Positions 48,336 to 58,180 of a stretch of DNA of 64,000 nt are shown piece by piece. Location of the stretch: the NCBI GenBank assembly GCA_049964755.1, contig JBMFWZ010000004.1, positions 603 through 64,602 on the forward strand. Reading direction: 5' to 3'. Made by a program: the position numbers and the translations under genes. The notes below the pieces were generated by a model. The model had not been told where the DNA came from and did not search any database. It saw only the letters and a program-made list of their open reading frames with translations. The DNA comes from Steroidobacteraceae bacterium (GTDB lineage: Bacteria; Pseudomonadota; Gammaproteobacteria; Steroidobacterales; Steroidobacteraceae). Position 1 is the stretch's first letter. Every line of letters begins with the position of its first letter.

Positions 48336-48583
48336 AGGCTCTGGGCGTCCTTGCCGCTCGTTCTCGTATGGAAATGGACGCCCTTCATATCACGGCTGCC
48401 GCGAAGTTGCACCGAGCAATTGGCAGCAAGAAGGACCCGCTGATGTGGGTCCATGCCAACAAATGACGCCTCATCGCAACAAGAGGCGTGGTAACCGATT
48501 GATGCGCAAGCTGCAATGCGCCGCACGCATTCGTTGCATTTGTGTCAACGCCGTCGCGGCCGCGCGCGATGCTCGACGAACCG

Positions 48584-48598
48584 GTAACAGACTGTTAC
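48584..48598. promoter_or_regulatory. Perfect 15-bp palindrome GTAACAGaCTGTTAC upstream of msrB
   Basis: Read directly from the sequence. It lies about 45 nt upstream of the preferred msrB GTG start (or inside the longer ORF version). The cognate regulator is unknown. Confidence 0.3.
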
Positions 48599-48640
48599 TG
48601 TTGGCCGTGCGAGAGGTCAGACGGCGCCCGAGGTCCACCC

Positions 48641-49045
48641 GTGCGATCCACAGAACAATTTCCAGTGAACAAGGCCGAGGAAGAGTGGCGACGAACGCTC
48701 ACTCCGGAGCAGTTCCGGGTGCTGCGCAAACATGGAACCGAGCGCTCCGGCAGCAGCGATCTGAATTCCGAGCACCGCAGCGGCGTGTTCGTCTGCGCCG
48801 GCTGCGCCCAGGAGTTATTTTCCTCCGACGCGAAGTTTGAGAGCGGCACGGGTTGGCCGAGTTTCTTCGCGCCGCTGCCGGATGCCCTCGGCACACGCGA
48901 GGATCGGGGACTGTTGATGCGGCGCACCGAAGTGCATTGCGCGCGCTGCGGCGGGCATCTCGGCCACGTCTTTGCCGATGGGCCGAAGCCGACCGGACAG
49001 CGCTACTGCATCAACGGCGCGGCGCTGCGCTTCCAGCCGCGCTGA
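48641..49045 (+). CDS. msrB: Peptide-methionine (R)-S-oxide reductase MsrB
   Basis: EEEWRRTLTPEQFRVLRKHGTERSGSS, CAGC...GWPSF...HCARCGGHLGHVF (two CxxC zinc motifs) and RYCINGAAL. A GTG at 48641 with GAGG 7 nt upstream gives a typical 134 aa. The alternative ATG at 48569 gives 158 aa. Confidence 0.85.
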   Translation: MRSTEQFPVNKAEEEWRRTLTPEQFRVLRKHGTERSGSSDLNSEHRSGVFVCAGCAQELFSSDAKFESGTGWPSFFAPLPDALGTREDRGLLMRRTEVHCARCGGHLGHVFADGPKPTGQRYCINGAALRFQPR

Positions 49046-49051
49046 GGCGGC

Positions 49052-51352
49052 TCAGGCCGCCAGCGGCAGCGGCTTCGGACGCGCGATGGCGTAACCCTGC
49101 ATGTAGTCGATGCCCATGCGGCGCGCCACTTCGAGCGCCGCGCTGTCTTCGATCTGTTCGGCGATCACCTTGAAGTTCAACTTGCGCGCCAGGTCGATCA
49201 TCGCCGTGACCATCGCCTGATTGACCGAGTCGCGCGCCAGGTTGCGCATGAACGAACCGTCGATCTTCAGGTAATCCATCGGCAGGGCACGCAGGTTGGA
49301 GAACGAGCCGACCCCGGAGCCGAAGTCATCGAGCGCGAAGCGGCATCCCATGCCGTGCAGCACCCCGACGAATCGCCGGGCATGCTCGAGGTTCGCCACG
49401 ACCGAGGATTCGCTCAATTCGAAACACACCTGCGAGGGTGTCACGCCCGTGCCGTCCAGGCACTCGACGACGAATTCGAGAAAATCCGGGTCGCCGAGAG
49501 TCTGTCCGGACACGTTGATCGCCACGCAGCGGCGCGGGGGGATCTGCAGCGCGCCGCGCCCGAGCGCGGCCAGCGTGGTCTGCACCACCCAACGGTCGAC
49601 CATGCCCATCAACCGGTAGCGCTCCGCGGCACGCACGAATTCCGACGGCGCGATGCTCTCGCCCTCGTCCTCGCTGAGGCGCACGAACACCTCCATCGCC
49701 GGCCCACCCGAATCATCGCCGTAGGCCGGCACGATGGGCTGCTGATACAGCTGGAAGCTGTTATCGCGCAGTGAGGACTGCAGCCGCTGCAGCCACTGGA
49801 TTTCCCCGCTGTGACGGGCGAGCGCCTCATCATGTGCCGAGTACACCGCCACGCGTCCGGAGCCGCGCTTCTTCGCGACGTAACAGGCCGAGTCGGCCGC
49901 GACCAGCAGCTCCTCCGGCGCACCGCTCGCGCGGGAGATCTCCACGAGACCGACCGAAACACCGAGATTGAAAATCTTGTCGCGCCACACGAAGCGGTGT
50001 TCGGCCACTGCGCGGCACACGTCATCGGCGATCTGACGGGCCTTCTCGAGCGGACAGCCGATCAGCAGCATGCCGAATTCGTCGCCGCCGAGCCGTGCCA
50101 CCGTGTCGCTGTCGCGTACGGCATCGCGCAGCACCTTCGCCACTTCGCGCAGCACCCCGTCGCCGGCCACGTGGCCGCTGGTGTCGTTGACGACCTTGAA
50201 GCGATCCAGGTCAAGACAGCACAGCACGTGCTGGCCGTCGCCGCGGTGCCCGCTTTCGGCCGCTTCCTGCAGCCGCCGCTCGAACTCTGGCCGGTTCACC
50301 AGCCCGGTGAGCGCATCATGGGTCGCCTGGTAGGACATCTGGCGCGCGATGCCGCGCAGCTCCGAGACATCGTGCAGCAGCACCAGCGCACCGCTCATGC
50401 GCCCACCCGAGGCGCGGATTGGGGAGGCCGACAGCTCAATTGAGCGCTCGCTGGCGTCGTTGCGTGCCACGAGCAGTGCCCGGCGGCCGAGATTCACCGC
50501 GACGCCACTGGCGAGCGCCTGGCGGATCGGCTCGCTGATCAGCTTCCGATCGCCCTCCTCGATCAGATTCACGACCTCGGCCAGGGTTCGCCCCAGCGCC
50601 TGCTCCGGGGGCACTGAAATCATCCGTGCCGCGGCCGCGTTCAAATACATGATGTCCCCGGCCCGGTCGGTGGCCACCACCGCCTCGGTGAGCAGATCGA
50701 GTGCGGCAAGCTGCCCGCTGTCGGGCATACCGTCGGGCGCGCGTGCCGGGGCGGCACCCTGTTCGGGAAGGACCTCCGTACCGGTCATCAGCAGCGCCGG
50801 GCCGGCATAGTCGACGGACGCCACCAGCAACTCGATCCGCACCGGCCCTTCGGCGCCTGCCAGATCGACTTCGTAGCATTCCGCGCCGGCGTGCCCAGCG
50901 AGGCGCCGACGGATGTTCTCGGCGACGAGTTCGGCGTACTCGGGCGTCACCAGCTCCGCGAGTGTGCGCCCGAGCAGATCCTGGGGCTTGACGCCCAAGA
51001 GCCGCGCCAGGGCCGCATTGGCGTACACGATGGTCTCACGCTGCACGAGCACGGCCTGCGGCAGCCGTTCGGCAAGCGCCGTGAACTCACCGTGTTCGGC
51101 TGCCCGTCCTGGGCGCTGCGCAGCGGCACCGAGCAGGCGGTTCAGCGCCTCGATCAGTTCAGCGACGGCGAGCCCGGCCGGCAGCGCCTCGGGGGCGCTC
51201 AGCGTCGCTCGATCAGGCGGGAGGCGTTCGATCTGGCGCGCCAGGGACTGCAGCGTGCGCCGCTCGCGATGCCGCAGACGTTCCGAGCGCAGCGCGAGGA
51301 TGAGCGCGACGAGCAGCGCCAGCACGAGGCAGAGGGCCCAGAAGATCGACAT
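49052..51352 (-). CDS. Membrane-anchored PAS/PAS-GGDEF-EAL signalling protein (c-di-GMP turnover)
   Basis: 766 aa. N-terminal TM segment and PAS-like regions. GGDEF has an RxxD I-site exactly five residues upstream (RDSD-TVARL-GGDEF). The EAL domain shows EVFVR, INVS, ELSE, DDFGSG, KIDGSF, AEQIE and QGY. Confidence 0.9.
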   Translation of the reverse strand: MSIFWALCLVLALLVALILALRSERLRHRERRTLQSLARQIERLPPDRATLSAPEALPAGLAVAELIEALNRLLGAAAQRPGRAAEHGEFTALAERLPQAVLVQRETIVYANAALARLLGVKPQDLLGRTLAELVTPEYAELVAENIRRRLAGHAGAECYEVDLAGAEGPVRIELLVASVDYAGPALLMTGTEVLPEQGAAPARAPDGMPDSGQLAALDLLTEAVVATDRAGDIMYLNAAAARMISVPPEQALGRTLAEVVNLIEEGDRKLISEPIRQALASGVAVNLGRRALLVARNDASERSIELSASPIRASGGRMSGALVLLHDVSELRGIARQMSYQATHDALTGLVNRPEFERRLQEAAESGHRGDGQHVLCCLDLDRFKVVNDTSGHVAGDGVLREVAKVLRDAVRDSDTVARLGGDEFGMLLIGCPLEKARQIADDVCRAVAEHRFVWRDKIFNLGVSVGLVEISRASGAPEELLVAADSACYVAKKRGSGRVAVYSAHDEALARHSGEIQWLQRLQSSLRDNSFQLYQQPIVPAYGDDSGGPAMEVFVRLSEDEGESIAPSEFVRAAERYRLMGMVDRWVVQTTLAALGRGALQIPPRRCVAINVSGQTLGDPDFLEFVVECLDGTGVTPSQVCFELSESSVVANLEHARRFVGVLHGMGCRFALDDFGSGVGSFSNLRALPMDYLKIDGSFMRNLARDSVNQAMVTAMIDLARKLNFKVIAEQIEDSAALEVARRMGIDYMQGYAIARPKPLPLAA

Positions 51353-51580
51353 TCAGCTTAGCTTCCCTCGGGCGGCCGCTTCCACGCTGCTCCGCGACTT
51401 ATTGGTTATATCCCTACGTGCAGAACGTGCACGCTGCGAGCATAGCGCATGGGGTGGGGCGTCCTAGCGCTATTTCACCATATCTCGTCGCAAATCCGCT
51501 TGGCAGGAGCGCCGAAAACCCGTAATTTTCCCCTGCCCCGCACCCGGGGAGGCGATTGGTCCGATTGGAGTCCCGTCACA

Positions 51581-52228
51581 ATGCCGGCTGATGCCCGCGA
51601 ACAGATGATCGAACAGCAGGTGCGTGCCTGGGATGTGCTCGATGAGCGCGTTCTGGACACTCTGCGCACGGTGCCGCGTGAGCACTTCACGCCCCCGCAA
51701 TACCGCTTCATGGCCTATGCCGATGCCGAAGTGCCCCTGCCGGGCGGGCAGCACATGCTGCGTCCGAGCGTGGTCGGACGGCTGCTCATGGCACTCGAGC
51801 TGACCGGTCGGGAGCGGGTGCTCGAGATCGGCACCGGGTCGGGCTTCGTCACGGCTTGCCTGTCGAATCTCGCCCAATCGGTCCAGTCGCTCGAGATCGT
51901 GCCCGAGCTGGTCGACCTGGCCCGACGCATGATCGGCTCGATGGGCCTGCGTGACATCGATGTGGTGTCAACCGATGCGCTCGCCTTTGAGCCTACCGGT
52001 CGCTTCGAGGCGATCGCCATCACCGGCTCGATGCCGGTGTACGAGGAGCGCTGGCAGCACGCACTGAGCGTCGGCGGGCGACTGTTCGTCGTGCTCGGCG
52101 ACGCCCCGGTGATGGAAGCGAAGCTGATCCGCCGGGTGGCGCAAGATGCCTGGACGCAAGAGAGCCTGTTCGAGACCGTCATCGATCCGCTGGCGCACGC
52201 GCAACGGCCCATCGCCTTCAAGTTCTGA
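51581..52228 (+). CDS. Protein-L-isoaspartate O-methyltransferase-like protein
   Basis: Internal ATG of ORF 51449..52228. VLEIGTGSGFVTACLS is the SAM motif I. Overall it resembles the Pcm paralogue usually found upstream of tolC. Confidence 0.75.
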   Translation: MPADAREQMIEQQVRAWDVLDERVLDTLRTVPREHFTPPQYRFMAYADAEVPLPGGQHMLRPSVVGRLLMALELTGRERVLEIGTGSGFVTACLSNLAQSVQSLEIVPELVDLARRMIGSMGLRDIDVVSTDALAFEPTGRFEAIAITGSMPVYEERWQHALSVGGRLFVVLGDAPVMEAKLIRRVAQDAWTQESLFETVIDPLAHAQRPIAFKF

Positions 52229-52337
52229 TCCGACCGGTCGGTGCCGCCTCTGCGGGCCGACCAGTCGACCACCGGCACCCGCCACTTTGACTCGGCGGGT
52301 GCAACTTTGCGCCCCGTGCGGTGTTTTAGGGAAACTT

Positions 52338-53804
52338 ATGCGAAGCACCCCTCGTCATCTGATTCTGACAGCAGTGGTCGGCGCACTGGCCCTCGGCCTG
52401 TCGGCCGCGGCCTCGGCGACGAACTTTCTGCAGGTCTACCACGAAGCGTTGCAGAACGACCCGACCTACCGTCAGGCGTACGCCACCTACATGGCGGCAC
52501 GCGAGGCGCGCCCGGAGGCCTGGGCAGCACTGCTGCCACAGATCTCCGCCACGGCCGGCAAGACCTGGAGCCACTCCGCCGGCAGCAGCGGACAGATCGG
52601 CAGCACCGCGAACAACACGTTCTACACCTACAACCTGAACAGCAGCTCGAACACCGCCGCCAAACAGTGGAGCCTGGATCTCACAGAGAACTTGTTCTCC
52701 TGGACGGACTGGATGAACCTCAAGGCGGCCAACAAACAGGTCGCCGAGGCCGAGGCCAACTATGAGGCCGCCGCGCAGGGCCTGATCCTGCGCACGGCGA
52801 CGGCGTATTTCAATGTGCTCGCCGCCGTCGATACTCTGCACGCGCAGCAGTCCTCTCTGAAGGCGCTCACGCTCGGCCTGACGCAGGCCAAGGAACGGTT
52901 CAAGGTCGGGCTCATCGCCATCACGGACGTCGAGCAGGCACGCGCAGCGCGCGACACGGCGGCCGCCGCGGTGATCACCGCCAAACAGTCGCTGGCCAAC
53001 GCGCTCGATCAACTGCAGGTGATCACGGGCACGCAGTACTCGAACCTCACCGAGCCGGGCATGAACCTGCCACTCGCCATGCCGCACCCGGCCAACCAGC
53101 AGGCCTGGGTGCAGACCTCGCTGAAGCAGAACCTTGCGCTGATCGCGAGCCGCATGGCCGCGGATGCTGCCGAGGACAATGTGCGCGCCGCGTTCGGCAG
53201 CGACATCCCGACGGTCAGCCTGGTGGCGAGCCGCTCCTACAGCAGCGACAACACCAACGAGACGATTTTCGGCCAGGAGTTCCACGGTCTCGGCGCGACC
53301 AGCAATGACCGGCAGATCGGCATCGAATTCTCGCTGCCGCTGTTCAGCGGCGGTGGCGACGAGGCGCGCATTCACCAGACCCAGTACCAGGCCATGGCCG
53401 CCCAGGATGCCGTCGAGCAGGCGTCCCGCTCGACCATCCAGCAGGCTCGCGACGCCTATCTCGGCGTGATCACCGGGATCGCCAATGTGCGCGCGCTGCA
53501 CCAGGCGATGACCTCGAGTAAGACGGCCTTCAAGGCGACTCAGGCCGGCTACAGAGTCGGCACCCAGACCGAGGTCGACGTGCTCAATGCGTTGAGCTCC
53601 CTGGTCGCCGCACAGACCAACTACGCCACCAGCCGCTACAGCTACATCAACAGCATCATTCTGCTGCAATACGCCGCCGGCACACTCACGCCCTCCGAGG
53701 TCGCCGCCATCAACGGGTGGCTCACCAAGCCGGTGAGCGTCGGCCCGAGCGGCGCGATGACCCCCGAGGGGATGACTCCGCCGCCGGCGCCGCCGGGAAG
53801 ATAA
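52338..53804 (+). CDS. tolC: TolC-family outer-membrane channel
   Basis: Internal ATG of ORF 52146..53804. Signal peptide, NFLQVYHEALQNDPTYRQA, and duplicated OEP repeats. 488 aa. Confidence 0.85.
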   Translation: MRSTPRHLILTAVVGALALGLSAAASATNFLQVYHEALQNDPTYRQAYATYMAAREARPEAWAALLPQISATAGKTWSHSAGSSGQIGSTANNTFYTYNLNSSSNTAAKQWSLDLTENLFSWTDWMNLKAANKQVAEAEANYEAAAQGLILRTATAYFNVLAAVDTLHAQQSSLKALTLGLTQAKERFKVGLIAITDVEQARAARDTAAAAVITAKQSLANALDQLQVITGTQYSNLTEPGMNLPLAMPHPANQQAWVQTSLKQNLALIASRMAADAAEDNVRAAFGSDIPTVSLVASRSYSSDNTNETIFGQEFHGLGATSNDRQIGIEFSLPLFSGGGDEARIHQTQYQAMAAQDAVEQASRSTIQQARDAYLGVITGIANVRALHQAMTSSKTAFKATQAGYRVGTQTEVDVLNALSSLVAAQTNYATSRYSYINSIILLQYAAGTLTPSEVAAINGWLTKPVSVGPSGAMTPEGMTPPPAPPGR

Positions 53805-53816
53805 CCGGCGTGGGGC

Positions 53817-54893
53817 TCAGGGCGCGGCGTGGCGCTGCCGGTTGAACAACCCGGCGAGCGCCTCTACCGCCACCTGCGCCCCGTCGGCGAGCGACAGTGC
53901 CGCGATGTGCGCGATCATCGCCTGGCGCCGCGGCTCATCCGCAATCACGCTCCGCGCGGTGGCCGCGATATCGAGTGCATCGAGCCGTGCCGGCACCGCG
54001 ACGCCCGCCTGAGCGCTGCGGCGCACGCGGATCGGCTGGTCGCGATTGATGGGCGCCGCGACGCACGGCACGCCGCAGGCGACTGCCTGCAGCAGCGTCT
54101 GGCCGCCGTTGGTCACCACCAGATGCGCACTGCGCATCAGTGCGAACAGCTCGTGCTGCGGCAAGAACCGGTGCGTACGGAGCCCCTGGGGCTGCGGCCC
54201 CTCGCCGGGTCCGACGTACACCGTCGGCACGCCCGCCTCGGCAAGCAGCACGGCCGCGGCCCGGAAGCGCGCCGGCGCATCCGGCGCATTGGGCGGTGCT
54301 GCGCCGCCGCCCGGCACCACCAGCACCTGACCGGTGCCCGCCGCGGCGCCGCCCGCCGGTGGCGCGTCGTGGCCCGCCTCGAGGGGCGGCAGCACGATGT
54401 CGAGGTAGCGCGGCGCGGGCTTGCCGCACAGCCAGCGGTTGAAGCGCTCGAACGGTACGGGGCCGCCTGAGATGAAGCGCGGGAAGGCGATCCAGTGCTC
54501 GTCGATCAGGCGCATCCAGCGCCACCGAGCGGCCTTCAGGCGCTTGCGCCTGCGATAGCTGATGAAGACCACCGCCGCGCCCACCGCACGCGCGGCGCGA
54601 AACTGCGCGGTGCGCCCGGCATTGGCGAACACCACCACGTCCGGCCGGAATGTGGCGATGGCCGCCACCACCTCTGGCGTATGAAACGTCGGGGAGGACG
54701 GCAGCAGCGTCGCCTCGAACGGGGTGTTCGGCGCGTACGGGGCATTGCGGTTGAGGAGGAAATGGATGGGCGCATCGGGCCAGCGTTGCCGCGCCGCCTG
54801 GGCGATGGCGAGGGACTGGAAGTACTCCCCCATGCCGGTCGGTCCGGAGACCGGCACGAACAGCAGACGCGGCGAGGCGGGCACGGCGTTCAC
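53817..54893 (-). CDS. Glycosyltransferase, GT-B fold (MurG/GT1-GT28-like C-terminal domain)
   Basis: GTG start at 54893 inside ORF 53817..55070. SPRLLFVPVSGPTGMGEY at the N-terminus and LVVTNGGQTLLQAVACGVPCVAAP at the C-terminus. It lies downstream of the UDP-xylose synthase gene. Confidence 0.6.
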   Translation of the reverse strand: MNAVPASPRLLFVPVSGPTGMGEYFQSLAIAQAARQRWPDAPIHFLLNRNAPYAPNTPFEATLLPSSPTFHTPEVVAAIATFRPDVVVFANAGRTAQFRAARAVGAAVVFISYRRRKRLKAARWRWMRLIDEHWIAFPRFISGGPVPFERFNRWLCGKPAPRYLDIVLPPLEAGHDAPPAGGAAAGTGQVLVVPGGGAAPPNAPDAPARFRAAAVLLAEAGVPTVYVGPGEGPQPQGLRTHRFLPQHELFALMRSAHLVVTNGGQTLLQAVACGVPCVAAPINRDQPIRVRRSAQAGVAVPARLDALDIAATARSVIADEPRRQAMIAHIAALSLADGAQVAVEALAGLFNRQRHAAP

Positions 54894-54936
54894 GCCCGCA
54901 CCGGCGCGCGAGTGGCGGGCCGGCGGCAGCACGGAC

Positions 54937-55902
54937 TCATGTGCCACTCGGCAGGAAGCTGCGGAAATACTCGATGGTCGGGGCAAGCCCATCGGCGAGC
55001 GCAACCGATGGCCGCCAGCCGAGCAGCTGCTGCGCCTTGGTGATGTCCGGCTGGCGCTGCTTCGGGTCATCGGCCGGCAGCGGCGCGAAGGTGAGCGGCG
55101 AGCGCGAGCCGCACTGGCGCACGATGATCTCGGCCATCTCGCGCACCGTCATCTCGTTGGGATTGCCGAGATTGATCGGTCCGGTGATCTCATCGGGGGA
55201 GTTCATCAGGCGCACCAGACCCTCGACCAGATCCGACACATAACAGAACGAGCGGGTCTGGCTGCCGTCGCCGTACAGGGTGATCGGTTCCCCGCGCAGC
55301 GCCTGCATCACGAAATTCGACACCACACGGCCGTCATGGGGATGCATGTACGGACCGTAGGTGTTGAAGATCCGGGCCACCTTGATACGCAGCCGGTGCT
55401 GACGGTAATAATCGAAAAACAGCGTCTCGGCGCAGCGCTTGCCCTCGTCGTAGCAGGCGCGTGGCCCGATTGGATTGACGTTGCCCCAGTACTCCTCGGT
55501 CTGCGGGTGGGTGGTCGGATCGCCGTACACCTCGCTGGTCGAGGCCTGCAGGATCTTGGCCCGCACGCGCTTGGCGAGTCCGAGCATGTTGATCGCACCG
55601 TGCACCGAGGTCTTGGTGGTCTGCACCGGGTTGTTCTGGTAGTGCACGGGGGAGGCCGGACACGCCAGGTTGTAGATCTCATCGACCTCGACGAACAACG
55701 GGAAGGTGACGTCATGACGCAGCAGCTCGAAGTTCGGCCGCGCGAGCAAATCCGCGACGTTCTCGCGCGTGCCGGTGTAGAAGTTATCGACGCACAGCAC
55801 GTCGTTGCCTTCCTCGACCAGCCGCCGGCAGAGGTGCGCACCGATGAACCCGGCACCGCCGGTGACCAGGATGCGCTTGCGCAGTGAATAACGCTTGTTC
55901 AT
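54937..55902 (-). CDS. UDP-glucuronate decarboxylase (UDP-xylose synthase), SDR family
   Basis: 321 aa. [35 protein letters not shown] and YDEGKR (YxxxK), a pattern very similar to UXS enzymes. Confidence 0.85.
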   Translation of the reverse strand: MNKRYSLRKRILVTGGAGFIGAHLCRRLVEEGNDVLCVDNFYTGTRENVADLLARPNFELLRHDVTFPLFVEVDEIYNLACPASPVHYQNNPVQTTKTSVHGAINMLGLAKRVRAKILQASTSEVYGDPTTHPQTEEYWGNVNPIGPRACYDEGKRCAETLFFDYYRQHRLRIKVARIFNTYGPYMHPHDGRVVSNFVMQALRGEPITLYGDGSQTRSFCYVSDLVEGLVRLMNSPDEITGPINLGNPNEMTVREMAEIIVRQCGSRSPLTFAPLPADDPKQRQPDITKAQQLLGWRPSVALADGLAPTIEYFRSFLPSGT

Positions 55903-55948
55903 AGATTCCCGTGCCTGCCTTGAGCCCGGTGCGCTGCGCGCGGGTGCC

Positions 55949-56338
55949 TCAACGATACGCCTGGTAGGACTTCTCCTCGAGAAGTCGTGAGCCGAGCGCC
56001 AGGTTGATACGCTTTTTCACCGCGGCGCGCTCGTCGTTCTCGATGTACACCGAACGGGCGAGCTCGATGAAATGCGCGTCGAAGGTGCGCGTCGCCTCCT
56101 TGGCGCGAATGCGATCCTCGATGTCCCAGAGCCGCTCGTTGACCGCCTGCAGCGCGCGCTCCTCAGCTGCGACGTCCGCAGAGCCGCACGCATCGCGCCA
56201 GGTGCGCTCGAGCAGCTCGAGCTCCAAGCGCACGTTGGCAAGCTTGGTCGCATCCTCGATCCGCGCGGCCTTGATCCTGAGAATGGTGATCTTGTCGAGC
56301 AGCTCACCTGGGGAGATCGGCACGAGAATGTCGTTCAT
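55949..56338 (-). CDS. Small conserved hypothetical protein (helical, 129 aa)
   Basis: Internal Met [29 protein letters not shown]... of ORF 55949..57025. Composition is clean and coding-like. Similar small proteins accompany heptosyltransferase genes in my recollection, but I cannot name the family with certainty. Confidence 0.55.
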   Translation of the reverse strand: MNDILVPISPGELLDKITILRIKAARIEDATKLANVRLELELLERTWRDACGSADVAAEERALQAVNERLWDIEDRIRAKEATRTFDAHFIELARSVYIENDERAAVKKRINLALGSRLLEEKSYQAYR

Positions 56339-56343
56339 GGCCG

Positions 56344-57387
56344 CTATGCTAACAATTCGTCGAGCTTCGCGGTCACCTGCCGCACCTCGATCAGGTCCAT
56401 CACGCCCGGCACCTCGATCTTGGTAGTCCACGGCAGCTGCTCGGGCTCGCAACCGCGAAAGCGCCGTGCCGCCTCGGCGTAGGCATCGACGCACCAGCGG
56501 CGCGACAGATACGGTCCACTGCGCTCGGGATTGGTGGCCGCATACAGCCCGATCACCGGCGTGCCGACCATGGTGGCCATGTGCGCCGGACCGGAGTCCG
56601 GACTCACCAGCACCGTGGCGCGCGAGAGCAGCGCGAGCAGCTGTGCCAGCGTGTCGCGTCCGATCTGATTGCACAGATCGAGCCGCGCGGCGCGCTCGAT
56701 CTGCTCGCCCATCTGGCGCTCGGCGGCCGAGGGACCGCCGGAGAGGATCACCCGCATACCGTGGCGGCGCACGGCGTGCTCGGCGAGCGCCGCGTAGCGC
56801 TCGGGCCGCCAGTTGCGCAGCACATGGCTCGAGCACGGACTGATCACCAGCGTCGGGCGCGCATCGGGGATCAGGCGCTGAGCGTACTCGAGCGCCTCGG
56901 CCGGCAGAGGCACATCCCAGCGCAGCACACGCTCGGTGATGCCGAGGGCGGCCGGAAAGCCGAAGAAGCTCTCGAGCACGTGCTCGCGCTCGCGCGCGCT
57001 GATCTGCGCGTTGGTGAACAGCCACTGCAGCTCACGCGCCCGGACCCGGTCGAAGCCGAGCCGCACCCGGGCTGGGACGACGCGCGACAGCACGCTCGCT
57101 CGCAGCGACAGCTGCATGTGCATCAGTACGTCGAATCGGCGCTCGGCGAGCCGCGCCCGCAGCTCACGCGCTGCGCAGAGACCGGCGCGCTTCTCGACGG
57201 TGATAAACTCCACCCCCTCGATGAGCCCGAGCAGCCGCGCCTCTGCCTTACCGATGATCCACGTCAACTGCGTCTCGGGCCAGCTGCGCTGCATCGTGCG
57301 GATGACGGGCACGACGTGGCAGGTGTCACCGAGTGCAGAGAGCCTGAGGATGCACACGGTACGCGGCGGTCGATCTGCGGGCAGCAT
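56344..57387 (-). CDS. LPS heptosyltransferase (GT9; WaaC/WaaF-like)
   Basis: Internal Met MLPADRPPRTVCILRLSALGDTCHVVPVIRT of ORF 56344..57570, and a C-terminal VSPDSGPAHMATMVGTPVIGLY. It is divergent from kdkA-waaA. Confidence 0.8.
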   Translation of the reverse strand: MLPADRPPRTVCILRLSALGDTCHVVPVIRTMQRSWPETQLTWIIGKAEARLLGLIEGVEFITVEKRAGLCAARELRARLAERRFDVLMHMQLSLRASVLSRVVPARVRLGFDRVRARELQWLFTNAQISAREREHVLESFFGFPAALGITERVLRWDVPLPAEALEYAQRLIPDARPTLVISPCSSHVLRNWRPERYAALAEHAVRRHGMRVILSGGPSAAERQMGEQIERAARLDLCNQIGRDTLAQLLALLSRATVLVSPDSGPAHMATMVGTPVIGLYAATNPERSGPYLSRRWCVDAYAEAARRFRGCEPEQLPWTTKIEVPGVMDLIEVRQVTAKLDELLA

Positions 57388-57421
57388 CACGGGGGGGAGT
57401 TGGAATGAGGAGCGCGATCCG

Positions 57422-58180
57422 GTGAGCGCGAACGGGCCGTTCGGGCCCTTGGTGAAGCACGTGCCCATCGCGGGCGGCGCCATGCTATACAACGCGGCGC
57501 TCGCCCGCAATTGGCAGCCGGAGTGGTTCGAGCCCGAGTACTGGGCCGCGCAGGGACGGCTCACCGGCACCGCGCGCGGACGCGGGACCGCCCATTTCGT
57601 GCAGGTCGAGGGGCGCGAGCTGGTGCTGCGGCACTATCGGCGCGGCGGGCTGCTGGCGCGCCGCTTCGGCGACCGCTATCCCTGGCACGGGGAGCCGGTC
57701 ACGCGGCCGTTCGCCGAGTGGCTGCTCACCCATCGGCTGCACCGTGCGGGACTGCCCGTACCGATGCCCATCGCCGCTCGCTACCTGCGCGAGGGCCGGT
57801 ATTACCGCGGCGACCTGATCACCGAGCGGCTGGCGCCCACTGAATCGCTCACCGCCGTACTGCAGAACGCGGCCGTACCGCTGCTCACCTGGATTGCGAT
57901 CGGGCGCTGCATCCGCAGCTTTCATGATCTCGGCGTCGATCACGCCGATCTCAACGCGCACAATGTGCTGATCGGCCCCCAGACGGTCTACCTGGTGGAC
58001 TTCGACCGTTGCCGGCTGCGTCCCGATGGCTTCTGGCGCGACAGCAACTTAGTGCGGCTGCGCCGCTCGCTGGAGAAGGTCACCTACGCTCTGCCGGCGG
58101 AGCGTTTCACGGAAGCGGACTGGCATGCGCTGCTGGGCGGCTACCAGTCCCCGTCCGCATCGCCGTCGCGGGCCACCTAG
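57422..58180 (+). CDS. kdkA: 3-deoxy-D-manno-octulosonic acid (Kdo) kinase
   Basis: WFEPEYW, LRHYRRGG and the kinase catalytic loop HADLNAHNVL...DFD are KdkA hallmarks. A GTG at 57422 has GAGGAG 9 nt upstream. The alternative ATG is at 57482. Confidence 0.85.
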   Translation: MSANGPFGPLVKHVPIAGGAMLYNAALARNWQPEWFEPEYWAAQGRLTGTARGRGTAHFVQVEGRELVLRHYRRGGLLARRFGDRYPWHGEPVTRPFAEWLLTHRLHRAGLPVPMPIAARYLREGRYYRGDLITERLAPTESLTAVLQNAAVPLLTWIAIGRCIRSFHDLGVDHADLNAHNVLIGPQTVYLVDFDRCRLRPDGFWRDSNLVRLRRSLEKVTYALPAERFTEADWHALLGGYQSPSASPSRAT

